From positions 23,932,001 to 23,996,000 of the forward strand of contig NC_083423.1 of assembly GCF_020745735.1 (NCBI RefSeq): a stretch of DNA of 64,000 nucleotides, read 5' to 3'. The notes under the pieces were generated by a model. It worked only from the letters and a program-made list of their open reading frames with translations, did no database searches and was not told the origin of the DNA. How positions within the stretch are numbered: the stretch's first letter is position 1; each line of letters begins with the position of its first letter. The position numbers were made by a program, and so were the translations under genes. This document shows positions 36,701 to 48,435 of the stretch, piece by piece. Source of the stretch: Hemiscyllium ocellatum. Its lineage: Eukaryota.

Positions 36701-39700
36701 CCACGCAGACACGGGGAGAACGTGCAAACTCCACACAGTCAGTCGCCTGAGTCGGGAATTGAACCCAGGTCTCAGGCGCTGTGAGGCAGCAGTGCTAACC
36801 ACTGTGCCACCGTGCCGCCCACTAAGAATGAAAAGTGATATTATTGATGCATTTAAGGTCTAGAGGGAGCTGGATAGATTGGATATCCAGAGGATGATTC
36901 CTCTTATGCCGGAGACTAATACTATGGAAAAGAGATTACAAGCAAAAGATCTTTCTTTAAGATAGATAAGATAACTTTTTTCTTTGTGTCATTAGAGTCT
37001 GGAATTCTCTTCCCCACAAGGTAGTAAGACACTGGATATTTCTGTTTATTTAAGGTTAAGTCAAATGGATTTTGACAAATCCAGGTTATGGCATGCAGAC
37101 AGGAAAGTGGAGCTGAGACCATAACCGGGTCACCTATGATTTTAGAGCCTGTTCCACAATTCACTATCAGCCAAATGGCCTGCTCCTAAGACCTACGTTC
37201 CCACTTACAACAGTCTGCTTAGTCCCCTACATCAATGAGCATTATCTCCATAAATTTTGATGCTTTGACACTTATTTATCTGTATTCTTACAGAGTTATC
37301 ATGAACATAGCCCCTTCTACATTCAGTTTTCAAGTGGTAAAACAGGCACGCAGTTTCCTTAAAAATCTCCCATCTTCAGTCACAACATTGGACTCCCAAT
37401 CGCTGCTTACCATCATGTCCCCATGACATCAGTACTTTGTCCAACCCACAGTTAGGTTCGTACATCCCATAAAGCGAGCTGAAAAATACATAACTAAATC
37501 ATTTGGGGAACTTGTAACGAAGCAGATAGCATCATCTAAGACACATCAATCCTTGTCCATTTCCACCTGGACAGGGTGACAGATGCTTAATATGTTGCCA
37601 AAATACTGGAATATCATGAAGATGTCATATGGTATGTTTCCTGTCATTGTTCCATAGCAACTGTTGGATCTTGGAGTTAAGTGTATTTCTTATAACAGTC
37701 TTATTATTGTGTACAGAGAACAATAGGTGATGTTAATACCATAACTCTCCAAACATATGTCTTCAATCAGTACTCCTCTTTGGCTTCATTTTTATTAATT
37801 TAATCTTTAGCTGCTTGAGAGCTACATGAGAAGGGATTAGGACACAAACGAAATGTGGTCTTAGAGTTATATGTTAAGGAATAAGAGAGGGTGAAAGTTT
37901 TGGTTTTAGTATTTCATGGGATGTGGGCATTGCTGACGAGGCTAGCATCTGTCACCAATACCTAATTGCCTTTGGGAAGATGGTAATTGAGCTGCTTCCT
38001 TTTAACAAGCTCAGTTGATCTGGTTTTGACTTCACTATGGTAGTTTCGGTACAGCTGAGTGGCTGGTCATTTCAGAGGTCAGACAAAAGACAATCACTTT
38101 GCTGTGCATTGATTTTCTTGCAGGCTATAATGGATCAGAGGGTGAAATGGTTCTGAGTCAGATCAGATGCTTGTCTGGTTTCCTCAGTGGTGTTTAACGG
38201 TGGCGAGAGTTAACTCATAAGATCATACAGCATGGAAACGAACACTCAGTCCAACTTGTCCACGCCGACCAGACACCCTAATCTGATTTAGTCCCATTTG
38301 GCCCATATCCCTCTAAACTCTTCCTATTCATATACCTATCCAGATCCTTTTAAATGTTGGAATTGTACCTGCTTCCACCACTTACTGTGCAGCATACATG
38401 CACCACCCTCTGCATAAGAAAGTTACCTGTTAGGGAAAATAAAACCTTGGCAGCTCAGTGGCTCAGTGGTTAGCACTGCTGCCTCAGCGCCAATGACTCA
38501 GGTTTGATTCCAGCCATGGGCAACTGCCTGTGTGGAGTTTGCATATTCTCCCGACGTCAGTGTGGGTTTCCTCCAGGTGCTCCAGTTACCTCCCACAATC
38601 CAACGATGTGCAGTTTAGATGAATTGGCCATATTAAATTGCCCATAGTGTTAGGTGCATTGGTCAGGGGTAAATATGAGGAATGGATCTGGGTAGGTTAC
38701 TCTTCGGAGGGTCGGTGTGGATTTGTTGGCCGAAGGTCCTGTTTCCATACTGTAGGGAATCTAATCTTGTGCTGAATTGTTTCAAACAAAACAGTCAGGA
38801 GAACTGCCAAGCCACCACCAAGTACAGACTGCCTGCAGAACAGCTCTCTGAAAGATACCTGGCTATAAGAAGTCTGTGCAGCAGAACATCGAAAAGACAA
38901 CAGAGGAAAATCTGCAGAGGAAAATACAAAGAGAAGATTCAACAGTTGACTGGTTTTGAAAGTTGAATTTGTTTTTGTAAATCTCAATCGGGATTTTTTA
39001 TCGGACTAGTATTATAGAGTGGGAGGTAAAAGATAAGTTTAAGAGAAAGAAGTTGTAAATAGTTGGTTGGTTTTAATATTCTCTGTTGGACTTAAAGAAT
39101 AAGCTGTTAATTTTTACTTTAAATATGGACCTCTGGGATAAGTCTTTACCTCTCAAATTTTAACAGATTACAACATTAGGTGAATCTTTTCTGTGTGGCT
39201 GGTTTAAATTAGCAGAGGGGTTTAACCCCATGTCGTAACAGTTTGGGGGCTTTCGTCCACAATTTGAATCGTTTGGACAGATCCAGTCTGAGATTTGGCC
39301 AGGTTTGAGTAGATTTGGGGTATGAAAAAGCCCAGTAGATTTAAACACGGACGGGCTTTAAAGCGAGATAGGACCTATGAAGCTCTAAGATTATTCTGCT
39401 GAGGGAGTTTAAAACTCACTTCCAGAGATGATAAGAATTCATGTGGAGGAACAGAAAGAAGGGCAGCAGAATTAGCAGATGAGTACATGTTGGTGCATAA
39501 GACTAGTTTCCAGCCAGAGTTCCTTCTTGTGAGGGTTAGAAGTTGCGAGAAGGGACAGTCCAACACTAGGAAACAAAGAGTGTGAGGTGCTGCATTTTGG
39601 GAAAGCAAATCTTAGCAGGACTTAATGGAAAGGTCCTAGGGAGTGTTGCTGAACAAAGAGACCTTGGAGTGCAGGTTCATAGCTCCTTGAAAGTGGAGTC

Positions 39701-42700
39701 GCAGGTAGATAGGATAGTGAAGAAGGCATTTGGTATGCTTCCTTTTATTGGTCAGAGTATTGAGTACAGGAGTTGGGAGGTCATGTTGTGGCTGTACAGG
39801 ACATTGGTTAGGCCACTGTTGGAATATTGCGTACAATTCTGGTCTCTTTCCTATCGGAAAGATGTGTGAAACTTGAAAAGATTTACAAGGATGTTGCCAG
39901 GGTTAGAGGTTTTGAGCTGTAGGGAGAGGCTGAACAGGCTGGGGCTGTTTTCCCTGGAGTGTCGGAGGCTGAGGGGTGACCTTATAGAGGTTTATAAAAT
40001 CATGAGGGGCATGGATAGGGTAAATAGGCAAAGTCTCTTCCCTGGGGTGGGTGAGTCCTGAACTCGAGGGCATAGGTTTAGGGTGAGAGGGGAAAGATAT
40101 AAAAGAGACCTAAGGGGCTACTTTTTCACGTAGACGGTGGTACGTGTACAGAATGAGCTGCCAGAGGGGAAGTGGTGGAGCTAGTACAATTGCAACATTT
40201 AAAGGGCATCTGGATGGGTATATGAATAGGAAGGGTTTGGAGGGATATGGGCCGGGTGCTGGCAGGTGGGACTAGATTGGGTTGGGATATCTGGTCGGCA
40301 TGAACGAGTTGGACCGAAGGGTCTGTTTCCATGCTGTACATCTCTATGACTTTAAGAGACCTTGAGCAATTAACTCGCTTTTATTTCATGGCCATGGGGA
40401 ATTATAAGTTTGTTCAGAACAAAGTCCAACGCAATTTCAACGAAATACAGAATGTTACAAGTTATAGAGTAAAATACAAGCCACTGCCCATTAATTACGC
40501 AACCTAGGGACAGTCGTCAGGTTCCCCTGCATTGTCCAGACCTACATTTCTTAATGTCTACAAAACTGAATGTTACCGGGTACTGCAGGTTTCAGCTAGA
40601 GTAGAATGACCGATAAAGGACAGAGAGCACAATCCTCTGCGTGAGAAAGGTACCCCTCAGATCCTTGGTAAATCTTTCCCCTCTAGTTTTGGACTCCTCC
40701 ACCCTGGGAAAAAATACCTTGCCTATTAACTCCTATCCATGCCCCTCATAATTTTATTCAGCCCCTTATCAGGTCACCGACCAGCCTCCAACATTCCAGG
40801 AGGAAAAGACCCAGCCTATTCAGCCTCTCCCGAAAACTCAAACCCTCCAGGGACTTCAATGAGTAAAAAATATAATGGACAGTGTCTCTTACTTGTATCT
40901 AGGGTCCTTAAGATCTGGATTGTCTGAAAATGTTGAGTTCCTGTAAACAATAGAATCCTGAAACTTACATCCAACTGGGTAGGTGTCTCCAACCACACAC
41001 CACTGAGAACAGAAAACAATCACATTTTGTTAAAGCATGAAAACAACATCTATAGTCCAAAAGGCAGGCTTGACTTAGCACAGAGTTCTCACTCAGCGTT
41101 GCATTGCCATCGCATAATAGTTGGACATCTGGGATTCAGGTTTCAAATGTGTGCAGGGACTGGAGGAGTAGGGTGTAATCGGTTTTGAAATGTGTGCATT
41201 ACAGTTGGTATCTGTGGGGGAGCAGAACTTGAGTCAGGGGAAGAAGGGTGATTTGGGGAGAGGATTGGTATGAGGATGCAGGCAATGGTGTTTCAGGAGA
41301 CTTGTGTAAAGAAAGTTTCGAGGTAATCTAATTTGAGTATTTGCAATGGTTAAAATAATTGATAAAGTAGACAAATACTATTCCTGCTGGCAGGGGAACT
41401 TACAACAAGGGGATATAACCTTAAAATTAGAACCCGATGATTCAGCGTGATATAAAAATTTCTTCAAAGTGTAGTGGAAATCTGGAACTTGATCGCCAAG
41501 AGGCCCGTGGCTGCTGGAGATCAATTGAAATTTTCAGAACGTCAATTGATAACTTTTTATTAGTTTAGATGTTGAAGTAACCAATAGGGTAAGATAAAGA
41601 TCTGCCTTGATCTAGTTGAAAGGTGGAACATCCCCATAACGATGGCTGGAATGGTCTCATGTTCCTATGGTTGTGCCCCTTTGTGTAACAGATACAATCT
41701 GTTAGAGATAAATGCAACAATCATCATTGAGGTCTCCTAAAGAGTCTTGCCATACTCAGGATTGCTCTCCTTACCTGCGGCTCTCCCCAGACAGTGAGGA
41801 TTTTCCCAATATCGTGCAGCAACCCAACCAGCTGGAGCCAATCTACAAAATACAAATAAACATACATTAATTGCAGCATCTCATAATTCCCTAAACTTCA
41901 TCAATCCACACCACCATTGTGCTGCATTGTCAGGTAGTATTGAGGGAGCATTGCACTTTGTGAGACAATACCAGAGAACTTTGGTACTTTGATTTGATGT
42001 GGGCAGTGCTGAGGGAGCACTGCAGGAGGAGTTTAATGGAAGGAGTGATACATTTTTCGAGAGACGACTGAGGGCATACTAAGCCAACAGCACCTACTGA
42101 GAACTGCACCATCATAGGACAGTAGTGTAAAAGTGCTGAAGGAGTGCCAATTCAAACATTATATCATGTGATGCTCCAGACTCCACAGAACCACACTTTC
42201 ACACCTACATGTGTTTACTTCTGTCTGTGTCCTTGTTTCTAACTGTCTTTATGTGTCTTCCTGAGTTTGTCTACTTATGTTTCAATGTGTGTTTGACTAT
42301 GAGTCCTTTTTTTTGTGCTTACCTCTCTCTACATGTTTGTGTATGCAATGTGCCTGTGTATGTGAAGGGCTTGTGCTCGAAACGTCGAATTTCCTGTTCC
42401 TTGGATGCTGCCTGACCTGCTACGCTTTTCCAGCAACACATTTTCAGTTATGTTATGTGTCTGTACTCTCCATTCATTTCCAGTAGCCTCTCCTTCAGAA
42501 GAATTATATAGTTTACCCAGGTCAGGATAGATCTTCCGAATTTCTTCTGCTGTTTGGTAGGCATGGAAAGAATTTGGAAAATCAACATCAGGGTCAGATT
42601 CATCCACTATCTGATCAAGTGCTTGAAGAGCTTCCATCACTGTCATCTGAGCCTGTGAACATGAGCCCCATCGTGCAATCTAAAATATGAGAGGCAACAA

Positions 42701-45700
42701 AAAACAACTCAACTCACCAGCTCAATTGATTATTCAAACATTATTATTCAGTCACTCAAACCCCCTTATAAATCCAATACACCACTCACAATCCCATCTG
42801 GCTGGTTCTTCAATAGCTCAAATGCCATTGAGTTAAGCACCCCTTCCAACCATTGTTAACCTGTCTATCAGGGTTATCAAGAATCAAAATAAGAATGAAG
42901 ACAAAATGTTTCAAATAATAAAGAATTTGGCTGAGGTGTGTTAGAATCAAAGCTGGTGAAAATTGCAAAGGGGAAGACTTCAAAAAGATGAAAGTTTGAG
43001 CACATTCACATGAAGCAGAAAAGAAAGGCATCCAACGCCAAATCTCACTGGATTACTATGGGTGGAGAGATCGAAATTAAATAATAAATTATAATAATTG
43101 TTGCCTATTATGTATAATAATTCAGTAGAGAAACAAGCGAAATACAGTGGGCAATTGAAAACCGAAATGAGAGACAAAGTGAGGAAAACGTTAGTGAGTT
43201 ACATTGAAGGGAATTCCAAACTCTTACAAACATAGTGAAAGGATAACCTAAGGAAGGATAAACGTGGGGATTGACTCGGGATTGAAAAGGAAATCTTTTT
43301 GTGGAGGAAAATGCAGTAAATAATAATTTTAGATCAATCTTCACCTAAGAGAGTATTAAGACCATAAGACAAAGGAGTGGAAGTAAGGCCATTCGCCCCA
43401 TCGAGTCCACTCCGCCATTCAATCATGGCTGATGGGCATTTCAACTCCACTTACCCGCATTCTCCCCGTAGCCCTTAATTCCTCGAGACATCAAGAATCT
43501 ATCAATCTCTGCCTTGAAGACATTTAGCGTCCCGGCCTCCACTGCACTCTGCGGCAATGAATTCCACGGGCCCACCATTCTCTGGCTGAAGAAATGTCTC
43601 CGCATTTCTGTTCTGAATTGACCCCCTCTAATTTTAAGGCTGTGTCCACGGGTCCTAGTCTCCTCACCTAATGGAAAAAATTTCCTAGCGTCCACCCTTT
43701 CCAAGCCATGTATTATCTTGTAAGTTTCTATTAAGTCTCCCCTTAATCTTCTAAACTCCAATGTATACAATCCCAGGATCCTCAGCTGTTCCTTATATGT
43801 TAGACCTGCCATTCCAGGGATCATCCGTGTGAATCTCCACTGGACACGTTCCAGTGCCAGTATGTCCTTCCTGAGGTGTGGGGCCCAAAACTGGACACAG
43901 TACTCCAAATGGGGCCTAACAAGAGCTTTATAAAGTCTAAGGAGTACAATGGTGCTTTTATTGACAGTGCAACAGCAAAGAGGAAGGCAATAGCAATATT
44001 GGAATCATGGTATGAGAAAGTATTAAAGGTTGGCTGTACTCAAAGTGCCAAAGTCATCTAATCTGAATTGATTACTGAAGAGACCAAGGTTACAAATTCC
44101 AGAGGCTCTGAATACACTTTCTTGATTAAGGCCTTGGTGCCAAAGAGCTGGAGAATTGCAAACACTACGCCTGTGTTCATAAAAGGGCTGTGAGATAAAA
44201 CCCAGTAAATGCACACCATCTACATAACATTAATATTTTGGGGAAACATTTAGAGACAATAATCTGGGACAAAATTAATTGGCACTTGGAAGAGTATGGG
44301 CTAATAAGTGAAAGCCGCATTGATTTGAAAAAGGTAAAGTGTATTTATTAACTTGGTTAAAATTTTATGATGACAGGAGGGAGGGTTCATATGCAGTTAA
44401 AATCATCACAAAATAGACTTGTTAGCAAAATTAAACTCCATGTAATTAAAGGGTCAGTGGCTGTGGGTGCAAAATTGTCTAAAGGACAGAAAGCAAAGAG
44501 ATTGGAGTGAAGTGTACAGTGGTAAATATTAGGACTAATGGTCTTTTTGATCTACATTAATGACCTGTCCTTGAGCATGCAAAGCACAACTTAAGTTTGC
44601 AAATAGCATGGAATTCAAATGTGGCAAACACCATAGAAGAGAGTACCAGAGGTACCAGTCATAAACTGATTAAATGAACTGATGAAATCACACAAAGTCA
44701 TTAATCTTAATCCAGAGAATTATGAGGTGATACATTTTGGTTGAAAACTGTTTATGAATTTTTTTCAGGTTCATCACTCAGCATTACTGCAAGGATGATG
44801 GAAATTGTGTGGTTGTCTTACTGGTTCTCCTACCAGAAAGAATATTGCCAAGAGAACTTAAAGAGGCATTCAAGGACATGAAGAATTTTGGCAGTTTGTG
44901 AGGATAAATTATTTCCAATAACAAATGAGTCAGTAGTGAGAGGACACAGATTTTGAAATGATTAGTGAAAGTACCAGAGGCTACCTAACCAATGTTCGCT
45001 CTAAGCTGTAGGTCTGCGCAGCTGCTTGGAGGGTCAATGTATGTCAGTAAGAATGTGGGCCCATTGACTTCCAGTTCAGAAAGTCATAGCCATGCACAGA
45101 GCTGGAGATCCACACAGCAAAAATTAAAGGAAGGGCAATTTAGCAGGAAGTATATTTTAGGCATAAAGTTGAATGCGCAACTTGAAAAAGTGGTGGAAGC
45201 AATTTAATTGTAATTTTCAAAAGCGAATTGAATGAAAACAATTACAGGAATGGGGGAAGAGCATGGAGCGGGACTAATTAAATAGCTTTATTAAAGAGTT
45301 GGCACATGCATGTGTTAAATGATTTCTTTCAGAGCTGTCTATTTCTAAGGTGTATTTGAAAAGACATTGACTGAGATCCCAGGATCTCGATGGTCTTGAT
45401 GAACCACTCACCTTCTTGATAACAAATTCCACTGTCTGGTTAGTGTGCATCAGCCGATACGTGTTCAGTACCCGTTCCTGGAGCAATCCAGACTGAACAA
45501 AGGCAAAGAGGAAACACTTGCCATTTAATCCTCTCCACATGAAGATACGTCCTGCAGAGGGGAAGCTGGGATCTGACCCCATCTCACCACCACTGCAACT
45601 TCTAATCACTCCTCCACTCTCCAGCTAGTGCTGCCTCCCCTTCCCCATTACTGCCTCCCCCCTCCCCCTCCCAATACTGACCCCTCCCCCTCCCATTACT

Positions 45701-47202
45701 GATCCCTCCAACCCCCTTTACTGACCCCTCCCCCTCCAATTACTGCCTCCTCCCACTCCCATTCCTGACCCTCCCCTCCCATTACTGACCCTCCCACTCC
45801 CATTCCTGACCATCCCCTCCCATTCCTGACCCCTCCCCCTCCCATTCCTGACCCTCCCCTCCCATTACTGACCCTCCCCTCCTGTTATTGCCCCTCCCTC
45901 TCCCATTATTGCCATCTCCCCCTTCCCATTAATGCTCTTTTCCCATAGGTATTGTTCCATTTCCTCCAGCCTCTTTACCAATCCCAGGTATTTGTCTCTC
46001 CTCCTTACCGTCCTCTTCCTATACCTCTACCCAGTATTCCTACCGTCTCGATCCCCCCATCCAGTATTCGTACAGCCTCCTACCCAGTATTTCTATACTC
46101 TGCCCCTGGTAACAATCTCTTGCCCAGATACTGATCTGGATTAGAGAGGTGCTGGAAAAGCACAACAGTTCAGGCAGCATCCAAGGAGCAGTAAAATCAC
46201 CTCATCTTCCGCCTCGGAACACTTCAACTCCTGGGCATCAATGTGGACTTCAACAGTTTCCTCATTTGCCCTTCCCCCACCTCACCCCAGTTCCAAACTT
46301 CCAGCTCAGCACTGTCCCCATGACTTGTCCTACCTGCCTATCTCCTTTTCCACCTACCCACTCCACCCTCCTCCCTGACCTATCACCTTCATCCCCTCCC
46401 CCACTCACCTATTGTACTCTATGCTACTTTCTCTCCACCCTTCAGGCACTCTGCCTGTATTCCTGATGAAGGGCTTTTGCCCGAAATGTCGATTTTACTG
46501 CTCCTTGATGCTGCCTGAACTGCTGTGCTTTTCCAGCACCACTAATCCAGAATCCAGTTTCCAGCATCTGCAGCCAATGTTTTTACCCAGATTCTGATCT
46601 GTAAAACCTGATTTCTGGTACTATGTCCACCGCCCCATTTCTCCAAACCCTGATACCATTGACTCCCTGGTCTTTCAGTACCATTCCCACACAGAAGCAA
46701 ACAGCCCCCAACCCTCACCCCCTCCTCACCTTCCCTGTCACTCACTAGTTCTGTGCTCTGTCCTGGTGCCATCTGCCATGATGTTGGGACTCACCTTGAA
46801 GTTCCTGTATGTGGCCAGATTCTTAGTGTTGGTCCAAGCTGTGGTGAGGCCACAGACCGGCCCTGAGGGCTCAGTCAGTTTTAAATTCTGCAATGAACAA
46901 CTGGTTAGTGAATACAAATGAAGGATTCATTTATCTCACACCAGATCATATCTCTCAGAAAACAGCTAACATTCAAAGAATTTCACTTGTTAATGTGGCA
47001 ACAGGATCTGGCAAACAGTAGCCAGACAAGTGACCCAGATAATATTTTAAGTGTTTTGTATTTGGTGGAAAATTAATGGCTGGGACCACGGGGAGAACTC
47101 ATTTCATTAGTGGCTGCAGATTCTTACATCTATTTGAGATACAGGTTGGAGCCCCTCTTTAAAAACCCTGGTCTTTCTGACAGTCTGAGCCCCTGGTTGA
47201 CC
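33663..47202 (-). CDS. MIOX: myo-inositol oxygenase, spliced gene; start codon uncertain
   Basis: complement(join(33663-33771,34284-34396,34812-34861,37411-37478,40893-41002,41775-41842,42517-42679,45412-45492,46795-46887,47128-47202)). All introns are GT-AG and the frame is open. Motifs [54 protein letters not shown] carry all His/Asp diiron ligands. Confidence 0.95.
34284..34396 (-). CDS. MIOX: MIOX exon
   Basis: gtgcag|[37 protein letters not shown](N)|gtaagt. Confidence 0.95.
34812..34861 (-). CDS. MIOX: MIOX exon (50 nt)
   Basis: cttgtag|(E)[16 protein letters not shown]|gtaagt. Confidence 0.92.
35580..35741 (-). mobile_element. Solo Poseidon-type terminal repeat with hammerhead (35657-35690)
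   Basis: gca-CTGAGGA-T-GTCACCtagaaaGGGGAC-GAAAT-GTT-tgc; 14 bp TSD AACTATTAAGGGTT at 35566-35579 and 35742-35755. Confidence 0.8.
36497..36820 (-). mobile_element. HE1/V-type SINE, full length, nested in a decayed LINE (about 35950-37200)
   Basis: Head ggcggcacggtggcacagtggttagc, V-domain, (AATCT)n tail. Confidence 0.9.
37411..37478 (-). CDS. MIOX: MIOX exon
   Basis: ttttcag|(N)[22 protein letters not shown]|gtaagc. Confidence 0.94.
38455..38767 (+). mobile_element. HE1/V-type SINE
   Basis: tRNA-like head, V-domain, aatctaatct tail. Confidence 0.85.
38770..39580 (+). mobile_element. Gypsy-type LTR retrotransposon remnant (LTR end, PBS, gag fragment)
   Basis: LTR-like end ...tcgtaACA at 39240; tgggggctttcgtcc resembles a tRNA-Pro PBS; gag-like [22 protein letters not shown]. 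Confidence 0.6.
39580..40350 (+). mobile_element. CR1/HER1-type LINE 3' fragment
   Basis: [38 protein letters not shown]; tail tgtacatctctatgact. Confidence 0.9.
40893..41002 (-). CDS. MIOX: MIOX exon
   Basis: ttctcag|[36 protein letters not shown]|gtaaga. Confidence 0.95.
41775..41842 (-). CDS. MIOX: MIOX exon (HD motif)
   Basis: tttgtag|(D)[22 protein letters not shown]|gtaagg. Confidence 0.95.
42363..42448 (+). mobile_element. Neptune-type PLE tail truncated inside the hammerhead core
   Basis: TGA-A-GGGCttgtGCTC-GAAAC-GTC-GAATTT followed by the family tail. Confidence 0.8.
42517..42679 (-). CDS. MIOX: MIOX exon
   Basis: ttttag|[54 protein letters not shown]|gtaaac. Confidence 0.95.
43357..43945 (-). 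mobile_element. Young CR1-type LINE 3' fragment
   Basis: 155 aa open frame EYCVQFWAP...[13 protein letters not shown]...WNSLP; same subfamily as 24680-29810. Confidence 0.9.
45412..45492 (-). CDS. MIOX: MIOX exon
   Basis: gttcag|[27 protein letters not shown]|gtgagt. Confidence 0.94.
45630..45930 (+). repeat. C-rich minisatellite, unit about 20-21 nt (ccattactgaccctcccctc)
   Basis: About 14 diverged tandem copies. Confidence 0.85.
46139..46585. mobile_element. Two-tailed inverted Neptune-type PLE with hammerhead at 46463-46490 (+)
   Basis: CTGATGA-A-GGGCttttGCCC-GAAAT-GTC; 16 bp TSD CCCAGAT(A/T)CTGATCTG at 46123-46138 and 46586-46601. Confidence 0.85.
46795..46887 (-). CDS. MIOX: MIOX N-terminal exon
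   Basis: attgcag|[31 protein letters not shown]|gtgagt; YRNF matches the conserved FRNY motif; phase 0/0. Confidence 0.85.
47128..47202 (-). CDS. MIOX: Putative extra MIOX N-terminal exon (75 nt)
   Basis: Long pyrimidine tract, then gttacag|[25 protein letters not shown]|gtaaga; phase 0/0 and open; no recognisable homology. Confidence 0.55.
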
Positions 47203-48069
47203 CTGTAACGATACAGAACGAAAGCAACAGAAAATGAGAGGCATAGTGAGAGAGAGAGAAATATAGAGAGAGCTATCGAGATGAAGGAGAGAACAAAAGA
47301 TGATAGACAAGGAGAGTAGCGATGGAGCAAGAGAACTGAGAGACAAATAAATTTAGAATGATAGCAGAGCAAGAGAGAGAGGAGACTGACGGACCCAAGG
47401 CTCTGCCTGTATTGCACACAGATCTAGGACTTTCTCAATCACGATTTCTTCTTGTCTGATTATTTCTCTCTTCCTATCTCTCTCCCTTGTCCTACTCCCT
47501 CTATCTGTCACATTTTCTTTTTATCTTGCCCTGTCTCTAACTTCTCTCTGTTTTTCTGTCTCTCCCAACCACAGCATTTGTACTATAAGTTTCAAAACCC
47601 AGTTTTCTCCAGAGACTCACCATCTGGGGTTCTCTAATCGTCATAGTGCTGCAGATTATGCGTGTGTCCAAGATTCAACTCATGCAGTTAAATAGCTCTC
47701 TATTGGATGAGTAAGGGTCAATGTTCAGGGTCAACAATGTGACCTTTTTACTCTTCATTAGATTGTAGCGATATTGTGTGTTAATGATTGTGAGGGCAGT
47801 TTATTAATTATCTCCATATCACTTTCATCTCACAGTTGATTTACTTTATTAATAACCTCACTCCCAACTGCGTACTAAAACATACAGACAGCCATTCACC
47901 ATCTTGAGCTCTGTGTGTGTGTCAGCCTATTTTGTGTCTATCAGCGTGTTTTTGTGCAGTCAGGCTGAGTATGTCTGTCTCTTCTTATGCATGGTTTCAT
48001 AACGATTTCGAGTATGAATATTCCATTAAATTGGAAGGCAAAAGTTGATATAAGTATAATGTTTATTGC

Positions 48070-48435
48070 AAGGTTTGTGAAGGTTTGTAGCTCAGGTTGA
48101 GGTTTAGGGTGTAGGTTTGCTCGCTGAACTGTAGGTTTGATATCCAGACGTTTCGTTACCTGGCTAGGTAACATCATCAGTGGCGACCTCCAAGTGAAAC
48201 GAAGCTGTTGTCTCCTGCTTTCTATTTATATGTTTGTCCTGGATAGGGTTCCTGGGGTTTGTGGTGATGTCATTTCCTGTTCGTTTTCTGAGGGGTTGAT
48301 AGATGGCATCTAGATCTATGTGTTTGTTTATGGCGTTGTGGTTGGAGTGCCAGGCCTCTAGGAATTCTCTGGCATGTTTTTGCTTAGCCTATCCCAGGAT
48401 AGATGTGTTGTCACAGTTGAAGTTGTGTTTTTTTG
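48070..48435 (-). mobile_element. Poseidon-type PLE 3' fragment, second subfamily
   Basis: GIY-YIG C-terminus [27 protein letters not shown] followed by the terminal repeat. Confidence 0.85.
48147..48180 (-). ncRNA. Minimal hammerhead ribozyme, fully canonical
   Basis: cca-CTGATGA-T-GTTACCTagccAGGTAAC-GAAAC-GTC-tgg. Confidence 0.88.

Noticed and set aside
45630-45930. CRISPR-like array
   Set aside because: Tandem units have no unique spacers, there are no cas genes and the context is eukaryotic.
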